NCBI GenBank assembly: GCA_020347685.1
Contig: CP070738.1
Location: 2,038,986-2,084,926 of the forward strand
DNA length: 45,941 nt
Direction of reading: 5' to 3'
From: Gammaproteobacteria bacterium
GTDB taxonomy: Bacteria; Pseudomonadota; Gammaproteobacteria; DSM-19610
Position numbers and translations under genes: made by a program. This document shows, one piece after another, positions 11,563-20,951 of this stretch (the stretch's first letter is position 1; every line of letters starts with the position of its first letter). The notes under the pieces were generated by a model. The model was given only the letters and a program-made list of their open reading frames with translations. It made no database searches and had not been told where the DNA came from.

Positions 11563-12881
11563 GCCGGCTGCCCGTGCACGGCTGCAATTATTCCGCGCGC
11601 TTTGGCGCGCGTCTCTTCCAGCTCCAGACCGGGGACCGAATCGGCCACAATACCGGCGCCGGCACGCCAGCGTAACTTTTCACCGCTTCGTACCATGGTG
11701 CGGATTAGGATGTTCAGATCCATGCTTCCGTCCCGGTTGAGATATCCCATCGATCCGGTGTATGCGCCCCGCCCTGTCGTTTCGAGTTCGGCGATTATCT
11801 CCATGCAGCGGACCTTGGGACAACCGGTAATGGTTCCGCCCGGGAATACTGCCCGCACAATGTCGGCTGGCGTGGTGTCTGCACGTCTGAGTGCACGGAC
11901 ATTGGAAACGATGTGGTGCACCGTCGCATACGATTCCAGCACCATTAATTCGCTGACTCTGACGCTGCCCGGAACGGCAATGCGCCCCAGGTCATTGCGC
12001 TCCAGATCGATGAGCATGATGTGTTCTGCACGCTCCTTGGGGTGGGCGAGGAGCTCACTGGAAAAGGCGTGGTCGGTTTCGCTCAGTGTACTCCTGGGGC
12101 GAGTCCCTGCGATCGGTCTGGTCTGCACCTCGCGCCCGCGGACTTCAACCAGGCGTTCCGGAGAAGAACACAGGAGAGCATGGTCACCCCAGGTGGCCAG
12201 ACCACTGAAAGGGCCCGGGTTGCTAGCGCGCAATCGGCGGTAAAGGTCGGCGGGTCGGGCCGTTGGTGGCCAGTCGGCACACCACTGACGCGAAAGATTG
12301 ACCTGGAATACGTCTCCGTCGCGGATAAAGCCCAGTATGCGCGCGGCAGCGCTGATAAACTGTTCCGGGTCGTCTTCGTTGACCGGGACTGGCGCGAGTC
12401 CGTTTTGATGTTTGTCACCTGGCAGCCGCGCGATGTCCGCGGCTATCGTGTCAATCAGCTCCCGCTGTTCTGACACGATCCAGCCTCGCCTGCGGTGGCG
12501 ATCGACAACCACTGCAGCCGGGAAGCGTGTGGCGCAGGCGATCGGCAAACCCGAGGTGTCGGCGGGCAGCCTCAATGTGGGTTCAATCTGCCCTGCAAGC
12601 TCATAGCCGAGGTAAAGAAACCAGCCACCATAGAAAGGTAGCGGAGTTGCCGGGACATCCGCACAGCTCTCTGCCTTCCAGACATCCTCCAACGCAGCGA
12701 GAAAGTCGAAGCTATGGATATCTCGCAGTACAATCGATTCACCGGGGCATGCGAACAGAATATCGTAGCGCCCCTGTGGACCGGATGCGGGACTCTCCAG
12801 AAGGTGCGGGTAGCGACCCGGCTCAAGAACATGCAGGTCAAGCAGGTCGCATGGCGTATCTATGGTTACCTGATAAATCAA
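11559..12881 (-). CDS. pabB: Aminodeoxychorismate synthase component I
   Basis: Chorismate-binding motifs SSPER, RPIAGT, KERAEHIMLIDLERNDLG and FPGGTITGCPK. Adjacent to pabC with ATGA overlap. Confidence 0.88.
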   Translation of the reverse strand: MIYQVTIDTPCDLLDLHVLEPGRYPHLLESPASGPQGRYDILFACPGESIVLRDIHSFDFLAALEDVWKAESCADVPATPLPFYGGWFLYLGYELAGQIEPTLRLPADTSGLPIACATRFPAAVVVDRHRRRGWIVSEQRELIDTIAADIARLPGDKHQNGLAPVPVNEDDPEQFISAAARILGFIRDGDVFQVNLSRQWCADWPPTARPADLYRRLRASNPGPFSGLATWGDHALLCSSPERLVEVRGREVQTRPIAGTRPRSTLSETDHAFSSELLAHPKERAEHIMLIDLERNDLGRIAVPGSVRVSELMVLESYATVHHIVSNVRALRRADTTPADIVRAVFPGGTITGCPKVRCMEIIAELETTGRGAYTGSMGYLNRDGSMDLNILIRTMVRSGEKLRWRAGAGIVADSVPGLELEETRAKARGIIAAVHGQPA

Positions 12882-12958
12882 CGGCGCAGAGCTCGAAAGG
12901 TTTTCGCACTGACAGCAGATAGCGCACCGGTGCTGTAGTCCGGGCTTCGGGGACGGGA

Positions 12959-14200
12959 TTAGCTCGGCTTCTTGAACACAACTGTACCGTTGGTTCCGCC
13001 AAACCCGAAGGAGTTGGATATGGCGACATCGATCTTCATATTACGCGCCTGATTGGGCACGAAATCCAGATCACACGCCGGGTCGGCGGTGAACTGGTTT
13101 ATAGTGGGTGGCGCAACCTGGTCGCGTATGGCGAGCACCGAAAATATCGCCTCCACGCCACCCGCGGCACCCAGCAGATGACCTGTCATCGACTTTGTCG
13201 AGCTGACTGCAATCTTGCCGGCGTGCTCTCCGAGCGCTGTCTTTATGGCGCGCACTTCGGCGACATCGCCGGCGGGTGTCGAGGTGCCGTGGGCGTTTAC
13301 GTAGTCGACCTGGTCGGGGTTCAGCCCGGCATCACGCAGGGCATTGCGCATACAGCGCGCGGCACCCTCCCCGTTTTCGGAAGGCTGCGTCATATGATGA
13401 GCGTCACCGCTCATCCCATAGCCAACCAGCTCGGCATAAATCGTAGCGCCGCGTGCCCTGGCATACTCGTATTCCTCCAGCACCATAACCCCTGCACCAT
13501 CGCCCAGCACAAAGCCGTCGCGGTCCTTGTCCCAGGGCCGGCTGGCGGTTTCCGGATCGTCGTTGCGGGTCGACAAGGCCTTGACCGCCGCGAATCCCCC
13601 CAGACCGGTAGGCGTGGTGGCCATTTCGGCGCCACCCGCAACCATCACGTCGGCGTCCCCGTAGGTAATGATGCGCGCCGCCTCACCTATGCTGTGAGTC
13701 CCGGTGGTGCAGGCTGTGACCATCGCGATGTTCGGGCCCTTCAGACCGTACATGATGGAGAGGTTGCCGGAGATCATGTTGATGATGTTGCCGGGGACGA
13801 AAAACGGCGAGATCTTGCGCGGACCACCCTGCAGGTAAGCGTGGTAATTACGTTCTATTCCCGGAAGGCCGCCAATACCGGAGCCAATCGAGACTCCGAT
13901 GCGCTCGGCATTTTGCTCGTTTATTTCCAGGCCCGCATCACGGATGGCCTGGATACCCGCCGCCACACCGTAGTGAATGAAGGTGTCCATTTTGCGCGCG
14001 TCTTTCTTCGAGATGTAGTCGGTAACCTCGAACCCTTCGATGGTTCCGCCGAAACGCACCGGAAACTCCGATACATCGAAAGCCGTTATAGGACGAACAC
14101 CACTGTTGCCCGCGAGGATGTTACGCCAGGCTTCTGCTATGGACAGGCCCACCGGACTGATGATTCCCAGGCCAGTCACCACGACTCGACGGTTCAACAC
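12959..14200 (-). CDS. fabF: Beta-ketoacyl-ACP synthase II
   Basis: [30 protein letters not shown] and NSFGFGGTN motifs. Start codon uncertain (14197-14215). Confidence 0.96.
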   Translation of the reverse strand: MLNRRVVVTGLGIISPVGLSIAEAWRNILAGNSGVRPITAFDVSEFPVRFGGTIEGFEVTDYISKKDARKMDTFIHYGVAAGIQAIRDAGLEINEQNAERIGVSIGSGIGGLPGIERNYHAYLQGGPRKISPFFVPGNIINMISGNLSIMYGLKGPNIAMVTACTTGTHSIGEAARIITYGDADVMVAGGAEMATTPTGLGGFAAVKALSTRNDDPETASRPWDKDRDGFVLGDGAGVMVLEEYEYARARGATIYAELVGYGMSGDAHHMTQPSENGEGAARCMRNALRDAGLNPDQVDYVNAHGTSTPAGDVAEVRAIKTALGEHAGKIAVSSTKSMTGHLLGAAGGVEAIFSVLAIRDQVAPPTINQFTADPACDLDFVPNQARNMKIDVAISNSFGFGGTNGTVVFKKPS

Positions 14201-14241
14201 AGGAGAGTACCCCAATCCCTAGAAATAGGCTGAACATGGAG

Positions 14242-14284
14242 AAAAACCGGGACGCCGTTACCGCTCGGCCCTGACGTCCCGGTT
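14242..14284 (-). terminator. Putative intrinsic terminator after acpP
   Basis: 10-bp inverted repeat AACCGGGACG / CGTCCCGGTT ending in a T-run on the minus strand. Confidence 0.6.
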
Positions 14285-14299
14285 GTGAAGAGACGATTG

Positions 14300-14536
14300 T
14301 TAACCGAGGTGCGCTTGGACGTAATCAATCGCTTGCTGGACGGTGGTGATCTTCTCCGCCTCTTCGTCCGGAATTTCGCACTCGAATTCTTCTTCCAGCG
14401 CCATCACCAGTTCTACCGTATCCAGAGAATCCGCGCCCAGGTCATCAACGAAAGAAGCTTCGTTGGTGACAGAATCTTCGCTGACATCCAATTGTTCCAC
14501 GACAATCTTCTTGACGCGTTCTTCGACATTACTCAT
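14300..14536 (-). CDS. acpP: Acyl carrier protein
   Basis: [20 protein letters not shown] (phosphopantetheine Ser). Confidence 0.98.
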   Translation of the reverse strand: MSNVEERVKKIVVEQLDVSEDSVTNEASFVDDLGADSLDTVELVMALEEEFECEIPDEEAEKITTVQQAIDYVQAHLG

Positions 14537-14740
14537 CGCTGAAAAGTCCTCGCTGATTTATATGAACAGTCCGAGCTGCGCGCGTATTTTAGTGAAAAGC
14601 GTAGTTCCAATCCAGTAATCAAGGACTTGATCGCGATGGTTAGGGCTTTTCCGCCAGCTCCACGGGTGGCGCACACGTTCGCAACTTTTTTATCTCATGT
14701 AAACAACATATTACAAAAAGGGCGTTCAAACCTGTTTTGC

Positions 14741-15484
14741 CTAGGCCATGTGCATGCCGCCATTGACGTGCAGCGTGTCGCCGGTAATGTACGAGGCCGA
14801 GGCCGAGGCCAGGAAAACCACCGCCGCGGCGATGTCATCGGGCGTGCCGAGCCGGCCGGCGGGCACCTGCTTGATCAGCGCCTCGCGTTGCTCGGCGGGT
14901 AACGCGCGCGTCATATCGGTGTCGATGAAACCCGGCGCCACCGCATTGACGGTGATGCCGCGCGAACCGAGTTCACGCGCCAGCGATTTGGTGAAGCCGA
15001 TCATACCCGCCTTGGCGGCGCAGTAATTGGCCTGCCCCGGATTGCCCGTGGCACCCACAACCGAGCCAATGTTAATTATGCGGCCACGCTTGGCCTTCAT
15101 CATGCCGCGTATACAGGCTTTGCTCAGTCGATACACGGAACCGAGATTGGTATCGATCACCGCGTTCCATTCATCGTCCTTCATGCGCATCAGCAGGTTG
15201 TCACGCGTGATGCCCGCATTGTTGACCAGAATTGTAGGCGCGCCGAACGCATCCTGTATCGCCTTCAGCCCGGACTCGATGGAACTGGCCTCAGTCACAT
15301 CGAGTGCCAATCCCATGCCCTTGATGCCCTGCTCGCCAAAGGTGGTCTGAATCGCAGCTGCGCCTTGCTCGGTGGTGGCGGTCCCGATGACGGTGGCGCC
15401 CTGCGTGCCCAGGGCCAGTGCAATGGCCTGTCCGATACCGCGGCTGGCGCCGGTTACCAGGGCGATTTCCTGCGACAATGACAT
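14741..15484 (-). CDS. fabG: 3-oxoacyl-ACP reductase
   Basis: TGASRGIG, NNAGITRD, YCAAK and PGFIDTDMT motifs. Confidence 0.97.
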   Translation of the reverse strand: MSLSQEIALVTGASRGIGQAIALALGTQGATVIGTATTEQGAAAIQTTFGEQGIKGMGLALDVTEASSIESGLKAIQDAFGAPTILVNNAGITRDNLLMRMKDDEWNAVIDTNLGSVYRLSKACIRGMMKAKRGRIINIGSVVGATGNPGQANYCAAKAGMIGFTKSLARELGSRGITVNAVAPGFIDTDMTRALPAEQREALIKQVPAGRLGTPDDIAAAVVFLASASASYITGDTLHVNGGMHMA

Positions 15485-15488
15485 TGAT

Positions 15489-16472
15489 CTATCCTCCTTC
15501 GGGCCGAATATCGGGTGTACCCGGGCAAGCTGCCAGGGCCTGTTCCAGGTCGCCAGGATTCTGCACCGGGATCGCCGCCATGGACTTCTCGATGCGTTTG
15601 TTCAGGCCGGCCAGCACTTTGCCGGGTCCCATCTCCAACACCGTCGTAACCCCGCCCGCTTGCATGGTGCGGACGGTCTCTACCCAGCGTACCGGGCTGT
15701 AGAGCTGGCGTACCAGGGCGTCGCGTATGGCCTCTGCGCTTTGGTGTGCCTCGACATCGACGTTGTGCAGTACCGGTACGAGCGGCGCCTGGATGACGAC
15801 CGAAGCGATATCGTCTGCAAAGCGTTCGGCGGCGGGCCGCATCAGAGCGCAATGCGAGGGCACCGAGACCGGCAAGGGCAGTGCGCGCTTGGCGCCGGCT
15901 TGCTTGGCGAGCTCCATGGCCCGCTGTACGGCAGCCGTGTGGCCCGCGATTACCACTTGACCGGGGGAATTGAAATTGACCGCGCTTACAACATCCCCCT
16001 CGGCGGCACGCTCGCAAATGGCGATGATCTGGTCGTCTTCAAGACCGAGGATGGCGGCCATCGCCCCGCTTCCCTCCGGCACCGCGCCCTGCATGTATTG
16101 CCCGCGTTTTGCAACCAGGCGCACCGCATCGGCGAACTCAAGTGCGCCCGCGCACACCAGTGCGGTGTATTCGCCGAGACTGTGGCCGGCCATAAGCGCC
16201 GGCACAAGCTCGCTGCGGCTTTGCCAGCAACGCCAGGTGGCGACACCGGCGGTCAGCATGGCGGGCTGGGTGCACGCGGTCTGGTTGAGCAATTCCGCCG
16301 GGCCCTGCTGTACCCGCTCCCAGAGATCGTAGTCAAGCACCGCCGATGCTTCGGCAAAGGTCTTCTCCACCGCCGGAAATGCTGCCGCGAGCTCTGCCAG
16401 CATGCCGACAGACTGGGATCCCTGGCCGGGGAAGACCATGGCGAGGTGCGCTGATTGCGTAGAACGGTTCAT
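15489..16472 (-). CDS. fabD: Malonyl-CoA:ACP transacylase
   Basis: FPGQGSQ, GHSLGEY and VSVPSHC motifs. Confidence 0.97.
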   Translation of the reverse strand: MNRSTQSAHLAMVFPGQGSQSVGMLAELAAAFPAVEKTFAEASAVLDYDLWERVQQGPAELLNQTACTQPAMLTAGVATWRCWQSRSELVPALMAGHSLGEYTALVCAGALEFADAVRLVAKRGQYMQGAVPEGSGAMAAILGLEDDQIIAICERAAEGDVVSAVNFNSPGQVVIAGHTAAVQRAMELAKQAGAKRALPLPVSVPSHCALMRPAAERFADDIASVVIQAPLVPVLHNVDVEAHQSAEAIRDALVRQLYSPVRWVETVRTMQAGGVTTVLEMGPGKVLAGLNKRIEKSMAAIPVQNPGDLEQALAACPGTPDIRPEGG

Positions 16473-16486
16473 TGTTGAAATCCGGG

Positions 16487-17455
16487 TCAGTACTTGAGCA
16501 AAATGGATCCCCAGGTGAAGCCGCCCCCGAACGCTTCCATCAGCAAGGTTTCGCCGCGTTTGATACGCCCGTCACGTACCGCAACATCGAGCGCCAGCGG
16601 GACCGAAGCCCCCGAGGTATTACCGTGTTCGTCCACCGTAACCACCACGTGGTCCATGGACATTTTGAGTTTCTTGGCAGTTGCCTGAATGATGCGTATG
16701 TTTGCCTGATGCGGGATCAGCCAGTCGATGGCGGACTTATCGAGATTGTTTGCCTCTAGGGTCTCGTCGACGATACGGCCCAGTGTGTTGACCGCAACCT
16801 TGAAGACTTCATTGCCCTTCATGGTGACGTATCCCTTGCCATCGTTCAGGCTGTCGTATCCCTGACTGACGCCGCCGGGCACACTCAACAGGTGCTCATA
16901 GGCGCCATCGGCGTGCAGGTGTGTTGAGAGGATGCCGGGCTCGTCACTGGCCTCCAGCAGTACCGCGCCCGCGCCGTCGCCAAACAGCACACAGGTGCTG
17001 CGATCGTTCCAGTCAAGCACGCGTGACAGCGTTTCGGCGCCGACCACCAGAGCGCATTTTGCGCTTCCGGTGCGCACAAACTTGTCTGCCACGCTTAACG
17101 CGTAAACGAAACCGGTACACACGGCCTGGATATCAAAGGCGGCACAACCGTGACGATCCAGCCGTTTCTGCAGCAAACACGCGGTGCTCGGAAAAACGCG
17201 GTCGGGGGTGGTGGTGGCAACGATGATCAGGTCGACGTCCTGGGCATCCCGTCCCGCCGCTTCGAGGGCGCGGCGTGCCGCGTGCTCGGCGAGATCCACC
17301 GTGTATTGTCCGTCGCGCGCGATATGGCGTTTGCTGATGCCGGTGCGTTCCCGAATCCACTGGTCGGTCGTATCGACCATTTTTTCCAGGTCGTGGTTGG
17401 TCAATACCTTGTCAGGAAGGTAACCACCCGTCCCCGTAATGCGTGCGTAGGTCAA
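16487..17455 (-). CDS. fabH: Beta-ketoacyl-ACP synthase III
   Basis: AVCTGF, PHQAN, HGNTS and AFGGGFTWG motifs. TTG start overlaps the plsX stop. Confidence 0.96.
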   Translation of the reverse strand: MTYARITGTGGYLPDKVLTNHDLEKMVDTTDQWIRERTGISKRHIARDGQYTVDLAEHAARRALEAAGRDAQDVDLIIVATTTPDRVFPSTACLLQKRLDRHGCAAFDIQAVCTGFVYALSVADKFVRTGSAKCALVVGAETLSRVLDWNDRSTCVLFGDGAGAVLLEASDEPGILSTHLHADGAYEHLLSVPGGVSQGYDSLNDGKGYVTMKGNEVFKVAVNTLGRIVDETLEANNLDKSAIDWLIPHQANIRIIQATAKKLKMSMDHVVVTVDEHGNTSGASVPLALDVAVRDGRIKRGETLLMEAFGGGFTWGSILLKY

Positions 17456-18480
17456 ACCGCTTGCCTCTCCGCGAGAATCGTCTGTAACTGGGAGCTGATG
17501 CGTTCCGGCACCTGTTGCCTGACGACTACCGCGGCAACCTCGATGGCGTTGGCAAAGGCCAGCGCATCCGCGCTGCCGTGACTCTTGATAACCGTTCCGC
17601 GTAAACCAAGCAGGCTGGCGCCGTTATAGCGTCGCGGGTCGATCTGCCTGCGAAATGCTTTCAGTACCGGCAGCGCAAACAGCGCCGCGATACGCGTGAA
17701 CAGGTTTCTGTTGAAGCTCTGCTTGATGAAATGCGAAATCATGCGGGCTACACCTTCGCTGGTCTTAAGCGCGATATTGCCCACAAACCCGTCGCACACC
17801 ACAACATCGACATTCCCCCCGTAGACGTCGTTCCCTTCAACGAAACCGATGTAGTTCATGGAACCCGATGCCAGCAGTGTGGCAGCCTCCTTGACCGTTT
17901 CGTTGCCTTTGATCTCTTCTTCGCCGATGTTGAGAAGCCCGACCCTGGGATTGTGATTGCTATCGACCGCCTTGGCCAGCACGGATCCCATCAGGCCGAA
18001 CTGAAACAGGTGCTCGGGTGAGCTGTCCACATTGGCACCGAGGTCGAGCATCCAGGTATGTCCGGACATGGTCGGTAAGGATGTGCAGATAGCGGGCCGA
18101 TCGATGCCGGGCAGCGTTTTCAGGACGTAGCGGGCCGTAGCCATGAGAGCGCCGGTATTACCCGCGCTCACGCACGCCTGCGCGCGACCCTCCTTGACCA
18201 GGTTCAGTGCCACGCGCATGGATGAGTCCTTCTTGAACCGCAGTGCGTGGGACGCGGCCTCGTCCATCTCGACCCGTTCTGATGCATGCTGAATCGAGAT
18301 GCGCTTATTGTCAGCCGCGCGCAGGCGCTGCAGGCCGGCTTCGATGATTTCCCGGTCACCGACCAGCAACAGGTCCAGCTCATCATGTCGGGAAAGCGCG
18401 CGCAGGGCCGCTGGCAGGACGACATCCGCGCCGTGGTCGCCGCCCATGACGTCCAGCGCAATGGTAATACGTTCAGTCAT
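17452..18480 (-). CDS. plsX: Phosphate acyltransferase PlsX
   Basis: [31 protein letters not shown] and KSHGSA motifs. Start at ATG 18480. Confidence 0.96.
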   Translation of the reverse strand: MTERITIALDVMGGDHGADVVLPAALRALSRHDELDLLLVGDREIIEAGLQRLRAADNKRISIQHASERVEMDEAASHALRFKKDSSMRVALNLVKEGRAQACVSAGNTGALMATARYVLKTLPGIDRPAICTSLPTMSGHTWMLDLGANVDSSPEHLFQFGLMGSVLAKAVDSNHNPRVGLLNIGEEEIKGNETVKEAATLLASGSMNYIGFVEGNDVYGGNVDVVVCDGFVGNIALKTSEGVARMISHFIKQSFNRNLFTRIAALFALPVLKAFRRQIDPRRYNGASLLGLRGTVIKSHGSADALAFANAIEVAAVVVRQQVPERISSQLQTILAERQAV

Positions 18481-18485
18481 GCTAT

Positions 18486-18526
18486 AAAAACACACGCTGC
18501 TCCCCCGGATCGGGTGAAGCAGCGTG
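18486..18526 (-). terminator. Putative terminator/attenuating hairpin between rpmF and plsX
   Basis: CACGCTGCT / AGCAGCGTG arms with an inner CCCG/CGGG stem, followed by TGTTTTT on the minus strand. Confidence 0.6.
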
Positions 18527-18567
18527 GATCTAAATGAGTTACCGAGGCAGAAATGCCGCGGCGCAGA

Positions 18568-18747
18568 TCAGTCAAGATCCTTGTCGATGACCTTGCGGCC
18601 GCGGTAGTAACCATCGGGGCTGACATGATGACGAAGGTGGGTTTCTCCTGTGGTCTGCTCGACCGAAAGGGTCGGCCCTTTCAGGCTGTCGTGGGAACGA
18701 CGCATGCCGCGCTTGGAGGGGGTTTTACGGTTCTGCTGAACAGCCAT
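18568..18747 (-). CDS. rpmF: 50S ribosomal protein L32
   Basis: [20 protein letters not shown]...HLRHHV...[16 protein letters not shown] before the ATG at 18747. Confidence 0.97.
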   Translation of the reverse strand: MAVQQNRKTPSKRGMRRSHDSLKGPTLSVEQTTGETHLRHHVSPDGYYRGRKVIDKDLD

Positions 18748-18775
18748 TGACGATATCTCCTGCAACTGTACTCGT

Positions 18776-19276
18776 CTAAGATTTCAACTTTTTCAATACT
18801 GCGAACGGATTTTCTTTTTCCGGTATCTCGGGATTCCGATAACCCGTCTCACAGCCGCCCATGCCGTCTTCGTGGACCGGGATTGCCGGGATAGCCAGCA
18901 GCACCTCATCCTCGACGAGTGCGCGGGTTGGTATAGGCTCTCCTGAAACCAGCAAAGGCTCATAACCATCGGGAAGCCGGTCTATTTCCGCTTCGCTCGA
19001 TACCACGCCCAGGCTGAATTTCAAATCCACCGGGAACCGCAGCCGGTTCAGACAACGCTGACACACCAGGTTCAGCTCACCTTCGACGGTTCCCTTCACT
19101 GTCCGGATACGTCTCTCATCGAGGCGGAACTCCAGGCGCACCGCCAGTTCGCCCTCGTTTGAGTGCAGCAACGGCGCCAGGCGCTCGAAGCAGCGCACCG
19201 GCAGCTTGCCGCGAAAGGAACGACCGACATCGGCAAGTCCCAGGGGCTCCACGCGCTCCGGCAGACAATCCAGCAT
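18776..19276 (-). CDS. yceD: YceD / DUF177 family protein
   Basis: [18 protein letters not shown] and [11 protein letters not shown] motifs. Immediately upstream of rpmF. Confidence 0.92.
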   Translation of the reverse strand: MLDCLPERVEPLGLADVGRSFRGKLPVRCFERLAPLLHSNEGELAVRLEFRLDERRIRTVKGTVEGELNLVCQRCLNRLRFPVDLKFSLGVVSSEAEIDRLPDGYEPLLVSGEPIPTRALVEDEVLLAIPAIPVHEDGMGGCETGYRNPEIPEKENPFAVLKKLKS

Positions 19277-19285
19277 AAGCGCGCC

Positions 19286-19315
19286 ATAATACGCGCTATC
19301 CAGTCCAGCTGTCAA
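19286..19315 (-). promoter_or_regulatory. Putative sigma70 promoter of the yceD-rpmF-plsX-fab operon
   Basis: TTGACA-N18-TATTAT followed by a GC-rich discriminator GGCGCGC. Confidence 0.65.
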
Positions 19316-19371
19316 AGCTAACACGCTGAAAAATCGGGATGTTCAGCAACCGCGCTCGGCTCTGCCCAGAG

Positions 19372-19400
19372 TTGACAGACGAGCAGGTTTTGCGTAGAAA
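19372..19400 (+). promoter_or_regulatory. Putative sigma70 promoter of pycAB
   Basis: TTGACA-N17-TAGAAA. Confidence 0.45.
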
Positions 19401-19494
19401 AACAAGCTCTTTGGTTGAATGTTGGAACAGTCCTCGGGTCCTTGTCAGTGCGGGACGGGACTCTGCGCGGCAGCAACGTCACAGCGGGTGGCCC

Positions 19495-20913
19495 TTGATC
19501 AGAAAAATACTCATTGCGAACCGGGGCGAAATCGCCGTTCGGATCGTTCGCGCCTGCCAGGAAACCGACATAGAGTCGGTGGCGATTTATGCCGATGCCG
19601 ACCGCCACGCCCTGCACGTCAAAAAAGCCACGGAAGCCTACAATATCGGGGCTGACCCGGTGGCGGGCTATCTGAACGCCCACCGTATCGTGAACCTCGC
19701 TGCGGCGACCGGCTGCGACGCGCTGCACCCCGGTTACGGTTTTCTGTCCGAGAACCCGGAACTGGCGCGTATCTGCGAGCGCCGTGGCATCAAGTTCATC
19801 GGCCCCGGCGCGGAGGTGATCCGCGGTATGGGTAACAAGATCGAGGCCCGGCGCAGCATGCAGGCGGCGGGGATTCCTGTGGTGCCCGGCAGTGACGCCA
19901 ACCTCGGCAGCGTCACCGAAGCCGTTGCTCTGGCCACCAATATCGGCTATCCGGTAATGCTGAAGGCAACGTCCGGTGGCGGTGGACGCGGAATCCGGCG
20001 CTGTAACAACGAAATCGAATTGCGCCGCAACTACGACCGTGTTCTTTCGGAAGCCAGCAAGGCGTTCGGCAGTGCGGAGATCTTCCTGGAGAAGTGCGTT
20101 CCCAACCCGCGCCACATCGAGGTCCAGGTGCTGGCCGATGCGCAAGGCAACGTCGTGCATCTGTTCGAGCGCGACTGTTCCATACAGCGTCGTCACCAGA
20201 AGCTGATCGAGATTGCGCCCTCGCCCCAGCTAAGCGACAGCCAGCGAGCCACGATAGGCGATTATGCGGTCAGGGCCGCCCGAGCGGTTGGCTACCAGAA
20301 CGCCGGGACGGTGGAGTTTCTGATGGACCAGGACGAACAGTTCTATTTCATGGAAATGAACACCCGCCTGCAGGTCGAACATACGGTGACCGAGGCCATC
20401 ACGGGCATCGATATCGTCCGCGAGCAGATCCGCATCGCCGATGGCCTTCCTTTGTCGTTCGGGCAGGAGGATGTCCGGCGGCGAGGTTTTGCCATGCAGT
20501 TCCGTATCAATGCGGAAGACCCGAAGAACGATTTCTTACCCAGCTTTGGCAGAATTACGCGCTATTTCGCGCCGGGTGGTCCGGGGGTCCGGACCGATGC
20601 CGCGATCTACACCGGCTATACGATCCCGCCCTATTACGATTCCATGTGTGCAAAAATAACCGTATGGGCGCTGGAGTGGGACGAACTGCTTAACCGCGCC
20701 AGACGCGCGCTATTGGACACCGGCGTGTACGGGGTGAAAACGACCATTCCGTATTATCTGGAGGTCCTGAAAGTGCCGGAATTTCGTTCCGGCAGGTTTC
20801 ATACCGGCTTTGTCGAGGATCATCCGGAGCTGGTCAACTACAAGACCAGTCGTCCGACGCGTGAACTGGCGGCGGTGATCGCAGCGTCTCTGGCCGCCCA
20901 CGCGGGTTACTGA
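19495..20913 (+). CDS. pycA: Biotin carboxylase subunit of two-subunit pyruvate carboxylase
   Basis: KILIANRGEIAVR, HPGYGFLSEN, GGGGRG, RDCSIQRRHQK and EMNTRLQVEH motifs. Start moved to the TTG at 19495. Paired with a carboxyltransferase-biotin carrier gene. Confidence 0.88.
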   Translation: MIRKILIANRGEIAVRIVRACQETDIESVAIYADADRHALHVKKATEAYNIGADPVAGYLNAHRIVNLAAATGCDALHPGYGFLSENPELARICERRGIKFIGPGAEVIRGMGNKIEARRSMQAAGIPVVPGSDANLGSVTEAVALATNIGYPVMLKATSGGGGRGIRRCNNEIELRRNYDRVLSEASKAFGSAEIFLEKCVPNPRHIEVQVLADAQGNVVHLFERDCSIQRRHQKLIEIAPSPQLSDSQRATIGDYAVRAARAVGYQNAGTVEFLMDQDEQFYFMEMNTRLQVEHTVTEAITGIDIVREQIRIADGLPLSFGQEDVRRRGFAMQFRINAEDPKNDFLPSFGRITRYFAPGGPGVRTDAAIYTGYTIPPYYDSMCAKITVWALEWDELLNRARRALLDTGVYGVKTTIPYYLEVLKVPEFRSGRFHTGFVEDHPELVNYKTSRPTRELAAVIAASLAAHAGY

Positions 20914-20951
20914 CAGCCGATCGATGTTCCACTGAGGGAAACCGAAAACCC

